Positions 62,301 through 62,476 of a DNA stretch of 62,476 nucleotides are shown here, one piece after another. The stretch spans positions 1 through 62,476 of the forward strand of contig QPMI01000696.1 of assembly GCA_004431415.1 (NCBI GenBank), read 5' to 3'. The position numbers were made by a program, and so were the translations under genes. Numbering within the stretch: position 1 is the first letter of the stretch; each line of letters starts with the position of its first letter. The notes beneath the pieces were generated by a model that ran no database searches, was not told the origin of the DNA, and was given only the letters and a program-made list of their open reading frames with translations. This DNA comes from Cyanophora paradoxa CCMP329. Taxonomy: Eukaryota; Plantae; Glaucophyta.

Positions 62301-62476
62301 TCATACCCAGACTCTGAATATTTACAGAGGATTAAAAATAACCTCACCTGATACTGTAATAGATTACCTTACAGTTACAAGCAATGCAAATTTACCACAT
62401 CATCCAACCTCTAATGTGGTTCAAGGTTGGATTCAAAATCACACTCACACAAAAGCCCAGATTACAGATTTTGACC
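59387..62476 (+). CDS. Long fibre/spike-like protein (or run of such genes), heavily frameshifted, continuing beyond the window
   Basis: Acidic (Y/I/L)LPDG.DP.EYEY repeats (~60390-60620); WDEI..KP.KYPPEDH.H repeats (~60625-60830); LamG/ConA-like GGISELIVFNRALTTSE...YIQQKYG (~62200-62295). Confidence 0.6.

Larger units (their letters stand above)
44101..62476. mobile_element. Endogenous Polinton-like/Maverick virus (right end beyond window)
   Basis: Abrupt switch to AT-rich, intronless, tightly packed ORFs, including rve integrase, pPolB, SF3 helicase, packaging ATPase, major and minor capsid proteins. Confidence 0.93.

Noticed and set aside
46376-62476. Calling the viral genes pseudogenes
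   Set aside because: The lesions traced are homopolymer single-base deletions with preserved motifs, better explained as sequencing error.

Overview
The window has two parts. (1) 1 to ~44,100 is very GC-rich, intron-dense eukaryotic nuclear DNA from a photosynthetic organism. Plastid transit peptides with an early Phe and the short GC-rich introns suggest a glaucophyte such as Cyanophora (inference). It holds the 3' part of an ABCB-type exporter with a C-terminal cNMP-binding domain, then six intron-split genes of unknown function (5.2-27.9 kb). These six have dissimilar N-terminal regions but similar acidic Ala/Gly/Asp tails ending in H-x-L-[L/C]-like motifs. Also present: a copper type II monooxygenase, an acyltransferase-3, CCB4, PAM68, ChaC, a DEAH helicase lacking its first RecA domain, and several TA-flanked MITEs. 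(2) ~44,100 to the end is an AT-rich, intronless endogenous Polinton-like/Maverick virus. It encodes rve integrase, protein-primed PolB, D5/P4-type SF3 helicase, packaging ATPase, double jelly-roll major capsid, two penton-like genes, a patatin-discoidin fusion and a long fibre gene. Many of these are broken by 1-nt deletions in homopolymer runs, probably sequencing errors. Two iteron-like palindromic elements bracket its replication module. All gene models were spliced by eye, so exon boundaries are approximate, and no database searches were run.
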